Part shown: positions 12,901 through 25,700 of the stretch, in pieces
Layout of the letters: each line of letters opens with the position of its first letter
Numbering within the stretch: position 1 is the first letter of the stretch
Origin: Camelus dromedarius
Taxonomy: Eukaryota
Reading direction: 5' to 3'
Assembly (NCBI RefSeq): GCF_036321535.1
Contig: NC_087436.1
Span: forward strand, 85,004,001-85,068,000
DNA: 64,000 bases
Position numbers and translations under genes: made by a program
The notes under the pieces: model-generated
What the model saw: only the letters and a program-made list of their open reading frames with translations
Told to the model about the DNA's origin: nothing
Database searches by the model: none

Positions 12901-13626
12901 AAGATGGTGGCTGGCCACAATTTCTATGAAAGACTCAATTCAGGACAGTTAATGGAACAAGCTACAGTCCGCACTGGTGCAAATTGCCTCCAGGCTGTAG
13001 CTGATACTTATTGTCTACCTCCTCTAACCTCCATTCTAGATTCCCCTCCCCCTAGGCCTGCAAACTAAGCCAACAAAGTGCAAACTATAAGAAGTGAGCT
13101 TCTGGAGCATTTAAAGGAAATATATGGAATGTGTTGGATGGTTATTAAAATCCAAACTGATTCACTGTCTGGCTCTGTTGTACTCCAGGTGTGGGAATGG
13201 TTGCTGGTTGTGTAAGTAATAATTTACTTTGTGAATTGCTGTTACTGAAGGGAATATGCTATATCCCTGTGTGTTTTGAGGCAGAAAAAGAAGATTGAAA
13301 ACTTCTGATCTGGAAAACAGCTAATATTTGAAAACTTGATTTAAATTTAAAATTTTCTAGAGAGTAAAGTAATATCTTGATTAAATATGTACAACTGATC
13401 ATCCATAATTTATGAGACAAAGAAATTTTTTTATGCTTGTATGAGAATTATATCCTGTCATTTACTTAGTATCTACTGGAATCCTATTTCACAACACTGG
13501 TCAGTAAAGCCCTTAATTTATTACAGTGGTCAAATTATATTAAGACAACTAAATAAAAATTTAATGCCATCCCTCTTTAAATAAAATTACCAGAGAGGCT
13601 TATATTTAAGAAAAGTTTAGAAAAAG

Positions 13627-13628
<2 letters not shown>

Positions 13629-13670
<42 letters not shown>

Positions 13671-13675
13671 ACACA
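13629..13675. repeat. (CA)n microsatellite
   Basis: Direct reading. Confidence 0.95.
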
Positions 13676-13961
13676 GCAGTATCCTCTATTTCTGATTGGA
13701 ATTAATTTCCATTTTAAGAAGGTAAAAGTTTGATGTCAGGTATGCATTTGACCAAGAGACTTCATGAAGTCAAGAGTTTAGTCATGTTTTTTTCTTCCCT
13801 CTAAATAGATAATCAGGGCAAACCTATTCAAAGAAATTAGAAAGTGTTAACATTATGATGGCAAATGCAATAAAAAATATATAAGATTATTTTATAAAAG
13901 ACATAAAGATGAGATAAAACTATAGAGCTCAACTTTCACTATCACTGTTATTGTTGTTATG

Positions 13962-14295
13962 CGGGTCTGTAATTCCTTGTCTAAAACTCTTGGAGCTAGA
14001 TGTGGGTCAGAATTCAGAATTTTTTTGGCTTTTGAAAAATAATACCATATATTTACTGTGTATTATGAAACAACTTTCATTTGGTCTGGGGAAGAATCCT
14101 GTAATGAACAAATAAATGTCTATGCTGCAAAATGTTGAATATTCAAAGCAAATGGTATAAATAAGAGCTGTGAGTAGTCTTACTCAGGCCAAGTTTTGCC
14201 ATCAAATTAATTCAGATCATGTCAGATTTCACCACCAAATGAGTTATGAAACCTAGTTGGGGCTTTTGAGGCTTAAAAATTGCCATTATGGGTTT
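13962..14295. mobile_element. TcMar-Tigger non-autonomous remnant (MER46-like)
   Basis: ...CTTGGAGCTAGATGTGGGTCAGAATTCAGAATTTTT motif. Confidence 0.5.
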
Positions 14296-16829
14296 GTGGA
14301 CTCTATTATTATTATCATTTTATAGCTCGCACTTGGATTCAAAAGGGCAAATATCACTTGTACCCAGAATGTTTGCTCAGCATCAGTGCTTAGAAGGCCC
14401 TTCTCATGGTGGAAGGAAATAGTCTTTCTTGTTAGACAGATTTGGGTGTGAATCAGACTTAAGAAAGCCATTTACCTACCCTCAGCTTAATTTTTCTTAT
14501 CTATAAAATATGTATAGTAAGTCTGTGGACCCTTGACCCTCCCACAGGGTATATCTTGAGAGCTTGTGAAACTACAAGCTTGTGAATATCTCTGGATAAT
14601 ATAAATTCTCTCACAAAATTTGGTATATTGTTACTGAACCCAGTTGCTTATCTACTAGCTAAACTCTCACTGCTCACAAGTCATAGGAAGGTCTAGATGG
14701 TGGAGCTCAGATGAAGTGATTATTCAAAAGGCTCTTGGAACAAGAATGACTGTTGCTGGTTTGTTTGAAGACCTCAAATGCAGTGTCTCAGTCAGTTACG
14801 TGGAGACACACTTTGTTCTTCATGTGCAGCTAAATCTTGCCTTGAGCATGATACATCCACAAGAAATATCCAAATACAAAAATAAAATATCAGGCTTAGC
14901 TTGGACTTTTTATATCATGAAACAAAGTGCTTTTTGAAGCTCTCTACTTGAAGAAAAATATGTGTAGAAAACATTGAAAACAGTAATTATTTATATTGAA
15001 TAACTCAGTAATTTGAACTTCAGGAAATATCTCCGAGAGACTGAGAAAAAATAGTAAATACATCTTAGATAATGGCTTCCAAAGCAAGGGAACTTTAAAT
15101 ACTTAAACCTGCAGAAAGTTTGTTCATAAAACAAACTTGTAGAAACTTTAATTGTCACTTTCCTGTTCCTTGTATTCCTGTACATAAAAGGCATTTGGAA
15201 ATAGACATTCTACTGATGTTATTTTTAATATAATGTGTGACAGGAATGTAATTTTCAAGCACTTTTTTGATGTTTAAGAATCCTTCACTTGGGGATATAT
15301 GGGATTTAGGGGCTGTCTAGAATCATTTACATTTACCATAATCACTTACAATCCAGCTGAGCTTAAGTTTGGTTCATGAATTTAGAGCTGTACAGGATAA
15401 AGTTAAATAATTCAGAATGCCTTCAGTATGTCATTTTTTGGTATATAAGACTCAAAAGTGAGTCAAGTGAATTTTAAGATTTCACAATTAATAGCCAAAA
15501 AAGTAACACTTCAGTTCTATCTTGGGAAATTAAATGGACTCTCACGAAATCATATCCTCACAGAGTAGAAAGTCACAGAATGAAATCATCAATCAAACCT
15601 TGGAGAAGAAAAGAGACACTTGGTATCTTTGTAAGTTTTAAATAAGTACTATGTGTGCTTAGAAATGAAAGTCTGGCTGTCAAAGCCATGGACAGGCAAT
15701 GAGAGACTTTTCATCTCTGTTCCAAGAGAATATTAATAATTCTTAGGGATGATGTTTAGAAGGAGCTGTGTTCTCTGAGCTGACCTTCAGCGTAAGAGCA
15801 ATCAGTTATCTTGTGTGATTGAGTCTAGATGGTGTCCTTTTTGGGGTTTTCTTACTGTGTTTTAAAAAATGGTAACCATTGTAAATGAGAATGCTAATGT
15901 TTGGCACTTTTGATATCACTAAAAATATAAAAACTAACTTCTAAGAAATAAGAACAAAATAATACATTAGAAGTCTATATCTGAAGATAATTTTCTTTTT
16001 CATTTATTCATTTATCACCTGGGCAAGTTATCAGACAATTTAATCTCCTTAAGTTATTGAAAACAATGCTAATGTTTTAATAAAATTTGATTGTAATTAC
16101 TTTAAATAGTCTTCCATGCTCCTGGGATAACCAAAGTGCTTAGAGAAAAAAAGTTATTTATGAATCTTCTATTTTCTCTCCAATAGATTTTTCTTACATG
16201 GTACAACTGATGCCATCAAGATTTCACAAGAATTAGTCTGTGTCAGAATCATCCATGTTAGTCAGAAAAGCTCTAAATAGTAACATTTCCTCATTATTAA
16301 GACTTGTTTCTCTCTGAGATAATAAATCATGGGGCAATAGGGCTGTCCCTAATACTGAATGTAGAAATGATATTCTTTTATACAAGAAGGGTAGTTTTTA
16401 GGAAGAAATTGTGTATAGGCACGGATGCTCTATTAGTTTTCAGTAATCTGAGGCAGTTAATTGCTAATACCTAAGAAACAAATTGTAGATGTTCCATAAT
16501 GAAATATTGTGGCTGGTTCAACAGTTTAAATACTTGGTTTATTTTTTAATGTATACATATACTTTTTCTTTTAATGTTTTAAACATTTTTTTAGGAATAT
16601 TTCAAACACACAGAATTAGAGAGGTTTCAATAAGGCATTCATCCCCCAGCTGCAAAACCTTCAACTCTTGTTCCATCTAACTCACCCTCACTCCCTGCCC
16701 CTCTCCAACAGGATTATTATGAATCAAATTCCAGATAACATTTAATTTCATTTGTAAAAATTTCAGCATTATCCTAAAATATAAAGACTCACATATGAAA
16801 ATAACCCCAATGCCATCGTGACCTTAAAG

Positions 16830-18700
16830 AGGAAAGCAAAAATTAAAAAGATTGATACCAAAATTTGGTGAGCATGTGGAGCAACTGGAACTCTCATACA
16901 TTGATGTTGGGAGTGTAAAATAGCACAATTACTTTACAGTTTATTATAAAGTTAAATATACATCTACACTATCACCTAGCAATTTCACTTGTAGGAATTT
17001 ACCCCCAAAGAAACAAAAACATATACAGAGGGTCCCTAGCTTATGATTTTTCAGCTTTATAGTGGTATGAAAGTGATATGCATTCAGTAGAATCCATACT
17101 TGGAATTTTGAATTTTGGTGTTTCCCAGGCTAACAATATGCGGTATGATACTCTCTCATGATGGGGAGCCAAGCAGCGAGCCACAGCTCCCAGTCAGCCA
17201 TGCAATCATGAGGGCAAACAGCTGATACACTAAAACCACTCTGTACCCAGACAATCATTTTGTTTTTCACTTTTAGTACAGTATTCAATAAATTACATGA
17301 GATATTAAACAATTTATTATAAAATAGGCTTTGTGCTAGGTGATTTTGCCCAACCATAGGCTAATGTAACTGTTCTGAGCCTGTTTAAGGCAGGTTAAGC
17401 TAAGCTATGATGTTTGATAAGTTAGATGTATTAAATGCATCTTCAAGTTAATGACATTTTCATATAATGATTTTATCAGAAAGTAACCCCATCGTAAGTT
17501 GAAGACTATCTGAGTGCACAGAAACACTTGTGCAAGAATGTTTATAATGTTTTATTCATATATCCCAAGCTGGAAAGCACCCAAGTGTCCGTGAACAGTT
17601 TTTTGCAAACAATATTTATACAATGAAATACTACTGAGCAATAAATAGAAATTAACTACTAATACATGCAACAACATGTATAGATCTCAAAAATATTATT
17701 TTGATGTATACCCATTAGAATGGCTGTAATCAAAAAGACAATAACAGATGTTGGCAAGGGTATGGAAAAACTAAAACTCTTATACATTGCTGGTGGGAAT
17801 GTAAAATGACAAAGTCTCTTTGGGAAATAGTCTGACAGCTTCTTTAAAAATTAAACATAAATGTACCATATGAGCCAGCTATTCATCTCCTACTTATCTA
17901 CACCAGAGAAATGAAAACATATGTTAGGACAAAGACTTACATATGAGTGTTCATAGCAGCATTTTCATGCTAGCCCAAAATTAGAAACAACCCAAATGCT
18001 CAACAGCAGATGAATGGATAAATAAAATGTGGTATATCTGTACAATGGAATATTATTCAGCCAATTAAAAGGAATGAAATAAAGATCCATGCTACAACAT
18101 GGATGAACTTCAAAACATTACGCTAAGTGAAAGAAACCAGACACAAAAGACCACATATTGTATGATTCAATTCATATGAGTTGTCTAGAAAAGGCAAATG
18201 TGTGGAGATAGAAAATAGATTAGTAGTTGCCTGGGTTGGGTGTGGGACTTCAAAATGAGCATGAGGGATCTTATTAGGGTGATAAAAATATTCTAAAACT
18301 GGATTATATGATAGTTGCACATCTCGGTAAACTTACTAAAAGTCATTCAATTGTACAGTTACAATGAGTGAATTTAATGATGTGTAATGATAAGTAAAAG
18401 AAGCCAGATACAAAAGAACGTGTTAGTGTATGATTCTTTTTATATGAGGTCCATGAATAGGCAAAATTGATCTATGGTGCTAGAAGCTAGACATTGGTTG
18501 CTCTGAGTTAAGAATTGGGGTTATTGACTGGAACAGGAGGTAACTTTCCGGGTTGATGGAAACTTTTGACATCTACATCTATAACTTGCTTTAGGTGGTG
18601 GTTACTCAAATTGTTACAGGGGATACAGTTATTAAAACTGGTCATACTGGACACTTATGATCTGTACATTTTATTGTAAGCAAATTATATATTCATTAAA
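16830..18700 (+). mobile_element. Old LINE-1 (L1M) fragments with a nested L1MB-like piece and a DNA transposon
   Basis: L1 ORF2-end and 3' UTR motifs repeated twice (16830-17700 and 17705-18390, resuming to 18700). Confidence 0.8.
17026..17512. mobile_element. TcMar-Tigger non-autonomous element (MER82-like)
   Basis: TA|CAGAGGGTCCCTAGCTTATGA start and ...CCCCATCGTAAGTTGAAGACTATCTG end form degenerate TIRs; interrupts an L1. Confidence 0.65.
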
Positions 18701-19103
18701 ATCATAACAATAATTCCCTAATACTATAGAATATCCAGTTCTGAATCCCCTAATTATTTATATATAATTGATTTGTTTAATTAGTTAAATAAATTTTATA
18801 CATTGCCCTTAATTGGTATGTCTCTCCAGTCTTTTTTTTTCCTCAAGAAAAATAACAAAATTGATTTATAGGTAGTGTGTATTTTGCACATGCATTTCCT
18901 TCACTCTATTTTTTCAGTGATTTTTTGAGAAATAATTTACATATAATAAAATGCAAAGTCTCCAGTGTATAGCTTGATGATCTTTTGGATATGAATGTGT
19001 ATTTCTAATTTTAAAGAGTAACTTAACCACATTGTAAAACAGGGGAAAATGAGAGAAAATAAAATAAAAACAACCACATCACCATTTTGATGTATTTCTT
19101 TTT

Positions 19104-19228
19104 TAACTTTTTTGAGGGGGTGGGTAATTAGGTTTATTTATTTATTTTTAGAGGAGGTACTGGGGATTGAACCCAAGAATCATGCTTGCTAAGCATGCAC
19201 TCTACCACTTGTGCTATACCCTCCCCTC
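19104..19228 (-). mobile_element. tRNA-derived SINE (vic-1-like) with TSD
   Basis: A/B boxes; TTGATGTATTTCTTTTT repeated at 19087-19103 and 19229-19245. Confidence 0.85.
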
Positions 19229-19446
19229 TTGATGTATTTCTTTTTATTTTTTTGCAACTGCCTCTTAGTGAAATAATATATATAAAGTTCAGTAGCTATT
19301 ATGACTATTGTTATTACTATTATTATTCTTTCACAGCATACATTGCTGAGGAAATGGTCAAATTTGCAGCTATAAATCTTAGTAAATCAGCCAAATTGAA
19401 TTTTGAAGCCCCATGCATGCTATCTGATGGATGCTATTCTGTCGTG

Positions 19447-20121
19447 TTAATACCTAAGCCATAGTTCAGTAAAGGACACACGTATGTAATAGCAGTATAT
19501 AATTTGCCTGTCTTTTGATGGATTGATTTCTTTCAGATATTCACAAACCCGCTCAAATTTTTCTAAGGATTGTAGAAGTCTTTGTGTTAGATGCAAGGGA
19601 AAAGATACTGTATAATTCCATCCATCTACAGACCCATCCACATTCGCTCTCCAGTGTAGTTTTCCAGTTGACAGAAGGGTTACATAGCTCTTTCCTTTGA
19701 CATTTTCAGGTTCTGAACTGAAGTATGTTTTCTTCAAAATGAGGTCCTGTTCCAGCATGTGTTTTGTTCTACACTTATTGTAAACTGACTGACTCCTTAC
19801 ATGGGCTTTTTGAAAACAGTTTCCATGTAACACTTGAGGCCTTGATTTTTCTGCGATCTCATTAATGCCCTTGTAAATGCCAGGTTTTGTTAAGGAAGAA
19901 GAAACTATGTTAAATGATGGGAACCTTGGGACCTGGGTATTATTTTTACAAGTAGCATTTTTTGGGGTGGAGGTCTGGAAAATGTCACAGCATTTCTGTT
20001 TTTTTGAGTGGGCTGCTGTTCCCTTTCCTGAGATGTAATGAGATGCAATTGATCTGTCAGCAAAAACAGCTTTCAGAGGCTGCAGATTCAGTAAAATCAA
20101 ATCAAAGCAAATGAGATTATC
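19447..20121 (-). pseudogene. Candidate large exon (224 open codons) of an unidentified, probably decayed minus-strand gene
   Basis: Longest ORF in the window, not in a recognisable repeat; begins directly after the acceptor cacttttag (AG at 20123-20122): DNLICFDLILLNLQPLKAVF...ELWLRY*. Confidence 0.5.
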
Positions 20122-20241
20122 CTAAAAGTGCCTTTTGAATAAAAAGTGGTTATCCTACTTTCTGAACAGCCTTGAAAATAATACCAAAAGGATGAAAACA
20201 CAATCAAAGGCAACTTAATGTTCTTAAAAGTTTATGAGAGC

Positions 20242-21180
20242 CTTTTCAAAAAATAGTGCTGGAGCAACTGGATATCCACAGGCGGGAAAAAAAAAAAAGA
20301 ACCTCAAGTTAAACTTTGTACCTTATGTAAAAATTAACTTAAAAATAATCACAGACTTAATTAAGTATAAAATATAAAAATATAAAACTTCTAGGACAGA
20401 ATATAAGAGAAAATCTTCAGAGCCTAGAAGTAGGTGAAAAGCTTTCAGACTTGACACCAAAAGCATGATTCGTAAAAGGAAAAATGTGATAAATTAGATC
20501 TCATCAAAATTAAAAGCTTTGCCTTGTATGACATTACTTATATGTGGAATCTAAAAAATAACAACAGACTAGTGAATATAACAAAAAAGAAGCAGACTCA
20601 CAGATATAAAGAAAAAACTCATGGTTACCACTGGGGAGAGAAGGAGGAAGGGGCAAGATTGCTTAGGGGATTAAGAGGTACAAAATACTATGTATAAAAT
20701 ACATAAGGTGCAAGGATATACTGTACAGCACAGGGGATATAGCCAATATTTTTAAATAACTATAAATGGAGTAACCTTTATAAATCACTATGCTGTACAA
20801 CCTGAACTTTATGTTAATTATGTATCAATTATACCTCAATAAAATTTTTTTGATAAAAATAAAAAGATTCTAGATTTCAAAAAGGAGTTAAAAGTTTTGT
20901 TCTTTGTGAGGAGGATGAAAAGCCAAGCTACAAACTGGAAGAAAATATTTGTGAATCACATATTCAACATAAGTCCTTGTATCTAGAATATATAAAGAGC
21001 TCTCAAAACTCAATCTAATTAGAAAATGGACAAAAGATATTAACACACACTTCATTGACGAGAACACACAGATGGCAAATAAGCAAATGAAAAGATGCAC
21101 AACATCAATAGCTGTTAGGGAAATGCAAATCAAACCCACAATAAGATAGCACTGTACACCCATGAGAATGGCTCAGATAC

Positions 21181-21223
<43 letters not shown>

Positions 21224-22021
21224 CCATAACACCAACTGCTGGAGAAGATATAGAGAAACCTGATCACTCTATGCTGATGGAAAAGTAATATGGTAACATC
21301 ACTCTAGAAAATGATTTATCAGTCTCTTATAAAATTAAACAAGCACTTACCATATGACCCAGCAATTGTACTCTAGGGCATTTATCTGAGAATTGAAAAC
21401 TTACATCAACACAAAAACCTGTACACAAATGTTTGTAGCAGCTTTATTCATAAGAGCCAAAAACTAGATGCCCTTCTGTAGGTGAATGGTTAAATGAGAT
21501 ATAATGAAAAAGAGCAACCTGTTGATATCGACAGATATATAACAACTTGAATGGCTCTCAAGGGAATTATGCTGAGTGGGAAAAAAAAACATTCTCTAAA
21601 GGTAACATATGATTCTATTTATTTAACATTCTTAAAATAACAAAATAATAGGAAAAATAGATGGCTGCTGCGGTTAGTAATGAGGAGGCGGGGAGGGGTC
21701 TATAAAAGAGTAGCACAAGGGAGCTTTGTGGTGATGGAATTGTTTTGTGTCTTTGTTGTGGTGGTGGTTATGAGAATCTATGCATTTGATAAAACTGCAT
21801 AGAACTACAGACACATACACACACACAAAACAGGTAGAACCAGTAAAATCTGAATAAGCTCTATGGATTGTATCAGTGTTACTTTCCTGATTTTGATACT
21901 GTTCTATAGTTATACAAGATACTGCCTTTAGGAGAAACTAAGCAAAGGACACATAGGACCTCTGTAAATTTTTCTGGGCAACTTATTGTGAATCTATAAT
22001 TATTTCAAAATAAGAAGTTTA
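20242..22021 (+). mobile_element. Old LINE-1 (L1MB/MC-like) with a perfect 16-bp TSD and a nested younger L1 3' end (about 20530-20885)
   Basis: AAAAGTTTATGAGAGC at 20226-20241 and 22022-22037; L1 ORF2/3' UTR motifs; (TAAA)n at 21180-21223. Confidence 0.88.
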
Positions 22022-23205
22022 AAAAGTTTATGAGAGCTAGGGTTGTGTGTTTAGTGAGAAGTCTGGGTGGTAAAAGACCATTGTTGTAATTTGTTCCCTC
22101 TCTTCCTTCTTCCTTCCTAAAAAATTGGTGGGTCTGGATCTTGAAAGTTTCATGGCAGTAAATAAATTCTCCTCTTTCTTGTCTCTTCTTCCTATTCTAG
22201 GCATTGCCACTCCTCATTAAATACACAAAAATGGAGTAAATTTGAGAAGTTTTCAAAACCCCCTCTTCCATTTAACGATTTCTTTTCATCCTCCATTTGT
22301 TAATCATTACCAAGATAGTAAAACTTATTGTGCACTTATTTCATGCCTGTCACTGGTGCAAATTTCAGAAACCCAGCTTAAACAAAAGAAAAGTGGAAAT
22401 GCTTGATTTATGGAACTCTGAATGCCAAGGGATGGACCCGGCTCCAGGCACAGGCAGATGTCAGCATGTGTAACAGCTTCAATCTCTTTCTCTCTCCATT
22501 TCTCGTCACTACCTGGTGTCATTTCTAAGACAGTCTCTCTTCATGTGGTAACCCACCTGGTCCTTATGTGTCAGACTCACAGAGAAAGCCCTTGCCATAG
22601 CTCCTAGGCAAATTCAGGGATCAATCCTTGAATTGTGTGAGATTCTTGCAGAACAAAGAATGGTCTTCCAAAGGAAGGGATGTTATGCAAGCAAAAAGAT
22701 TATACACCCTGATTTCACAAATATTAAAAACTGAATCTTTTAAAGGTCAATTATTATCCCAATGTCTTCCATCTAGTAGATGGAGCTACATGACTCACAG
22801 CCAGACTGTCCAGCTCCACTGCTCAAGTTCTCAATCATGAGGTCACACTGCCTCCAAGAACTCTTCCTCTCTTGGTTAGATAATCCCTGTTTCTAACATT
22901 TCTATATTTATTTTTATTTTCTACCGTATGCTTATTGACTCTTTTCTTTATAAATTCCAGGTTCTCAAGTCTCCCACACCAACTAAAACAGAATAGGAAA
23001 TAGAGTTCAGGAAGATTATAAGCAAAGCTTTATACAGTGAAAGATCACTTCATCATTCCAATATAGCTTTAGGGTGTATCACCATTTATACAATAAACGT
23101 ATGCTTAAAGGTTGTATACTATTATAAATAAAAGTTCTATAAAACAGTTTCTAAATTTTCCTTATTTATATATATTTTTGTGCCTACTACATGCCAAGTA
23201 CTCTT

Positions 23206-23747
23206 TTTTTTAATTGAAGTATAGTTGATTTACAATGTTGTGTTAGTTTCAGGTGTACAGCAAAGTGATTCAGTTTATACATGTATATATGTTCTTCTTC
23301 AGTCTTCCATTATAGGTTACTACAAGATATTGAATATAGTTCCCTGTGCTATACAGTAGGTCCTTGTTGTTTATCTATTTTATATATAGTAGTGTGTATA
23401 TGATAATTCCAAACTCCTAATTTATCCCTCCCCCACCAACTCCTTTCCCCTTTGGTAATCATAGTTTGTTTTCTATGTCTGTGAGTCTATTTCTGGTTTG
23501 TAAATAAGTTCATTTGTATCATTTTTTTAGATTACATATATTAGAGGTATCATATGATATTTGTCTTTCTCTGTCTGACTTACTTCACTCAATATGATTA
23601 CCTCTAGGTCAATCCATTTTGCCACAAATGGCATCATTTCATTTTTTAAGGCTGAGTAATATTCCACTGTAGATATATCCCACATCTTCTTTATCCATTC
23701 ATCTGTTGATGTTGATGGACATTTAGGTTGCTTCTGTGTCTTCACAT
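23206..23747 (-). mobile_element. 5'-truncated LINE-1 3' end with TSD, inserted in an L2 remnant
   Basis: TSD CAAGTACTCTT at 23195-23205 and 23748-23758; ORF KQPKCPS..DEWIKKMW. Confidence 0.88.
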
Positions 23748-25342
23748 CAAGTACTCTTAACACCAAGAACTTGAGTTACAAAACAATATGAAAGTGAATC
23801 CAAAATAAGTATTTTTTAAAGAGATAAAAGGATTAAAGACCTGAGTTGGAGTCCTCATTCTAGTGAAAAGAGACAAATAATAAACAAACCAACAACTATA
23901 TAGAGATACCTAGTATGGTATGTCAGGTGATAATAAGTACAAAGGAGAAAAAGCTGTGTAAAAGTGACAGGAAATGCTCAGAGGAAGAGGGTGCTCTTTA
24001 CTCTCAGGTGATCAGAGAAGGAAGACACCATTGATAAGGTAACATATTTGCCTTGAATGCTTTGCCCAGTGTAGAATTAACTCAATAGTCCTGAAGGTCT
24101 CTATTATATGGTAGAATGATAATGATATGGCGGGATATGATAGGAGTTGAAGGTAATTCTTTGATATATTCTTAAAGAGAATAATACTACAGAAGGATAG
24201 AAGAATGAGGAAAAGAAGCTCAAATGATTTTGATGGAGCAGCTACAACTGCCCTTGGTAGTTGAACCATCAGACATATGGATGCCATGATGAGGAAATCA
24301 GAGGTGACCTGCTTGGACACATACTGAGTTCAGACAATAATTGTCTTAATTTTATTTTTCACTTTTCTCTAAGAAGTAAATATATTGTCTACTTCTGCTT
24401 TTTCCTTTTAAGCTGTTTAAAAATTCTTAAACTGGAGTTGAAACTCAGAAAGGTTGAAAGTAGCTTGCATATGTTAGTAATGGGTGAAAATATAGAAAAA
24501 GGACCTCTGACTAATTTTTGAAAAAAAGGGATTTGATTACTTCACAGATGAACAAAGAGAAAAAAACTACTCGATTTTGGCTAATTTTATTCTTCTTGGA
24601 AGTGTCTTAAATTTCTCAAAATAGTATCATCTAGTATTTATTTTACAGCAACATGACATACATACATATACAACTTTGAGCATTTTATATCCACTGAAAA
24701 AATCAGAGTTAAAATTATTTGAGACTCTAGAGATAAAATGAGTAGTGATTACTCCTTTGATGATACTAAATGAAATGTCATTTGTTTTTATATCTCAGAA
24801 CTCATTTCAGGTCTGTTCTGATTATTTTAGCATTTTTTAAATAAAAGATCAAATTATGCTGATTTTTTTATCTTTATTTCTTTCAATTACCAAATACAGT
24901 AAAAATTTTGATTTTAACATGCCTATGTAAAGAAATTATGTATTTTTGTAAATACCAGATGTCTTTAGAAAATACAACAATGTTTTGATTCATTTTTAAA
25001 TAGATTGAAAAACCAGTCTAGTGATAAAAATTGTTGTACAACTTACTGTGTAGAAATAATAAATTTTACTTGATCTATCCTTGTATTTTTATAGCTACCA
25101 TTTAATTTTAGGTTCCGTTTTTACCTCATACGTCTGGAAGTATCTATTTTGCTGCCAGCTTTGCCGTGATGTGATTCATAAACATGTCAAGAAAATCTAA
25201 TAAATCTTTCATTAGTACGTATTAATATTTTAATTGCAATTTAAGGAACAAAGGAGGATTCTGCCTTCAAAGGACTGGAATTTTTTTTAATGTCATGTTT
25301 CAAATTAGCAATAATGGTGCTGTTTTTCTATAATGGCTTTAC

Positions 25343-25700
25343 CCTCAGAACATCTATCATGTGAAAATCTAGCCTTGTGGGCATTGATGTAACTGCAAAA
25401 AGTTATTGACTTTTTGCTTTTTAAAAAATTCTCTTATTACTTTTCCCCAAAGAAATTTATCTCTAAAGGCTCTCTGAGATAAATCTAGGCTGTTTTCAGG
25501 CTGCATGTCAAACTTTCCCTGGTCTGTGTGTAAAGAATTCAGTGACAGTATCTCCACCCACAACATCTCCTGACCTCAAGAGATTGAAGAGATGAAACCT
25601 AGCTCCTTTTGCAAAAACATTAGCAAGAATGTCTCTTGGACATACAGATCTTTTATTAGCCATTAGTCCACATGACAGTCACTATGTGCATTGGATAAAC
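25343..25700 (-). pseudogene. Candidate decayed exon
   Basis: ttgctttcag acceptor and AGG|gtaaag donor; about 110 codons in one frame with two internal stops before a stop cluster at the end. Confidence 0.3.

Noticed and set aside
19104..19228. tRNA gene call for the SINE heads
   Set aside because: AT-rich tails, TSDs and a degenerate cloverleaf show they are retroposed SINEs
19337..19464. Plus-strand acceptor followed by AYIAEEMVKFAAINLSK... ORF
   Set aside because: Short, no partner exons, and the opposite strand explains the region better
14991..25700. Faint resemblance of relic peptides (FKYLKFPCFG, FLQKELG..LWVEI, DNLICFDLILLNL) to RGS22-like helical repeats
   Set aside because: Similarity is too short and from memory only; needs a profile search before any family is named
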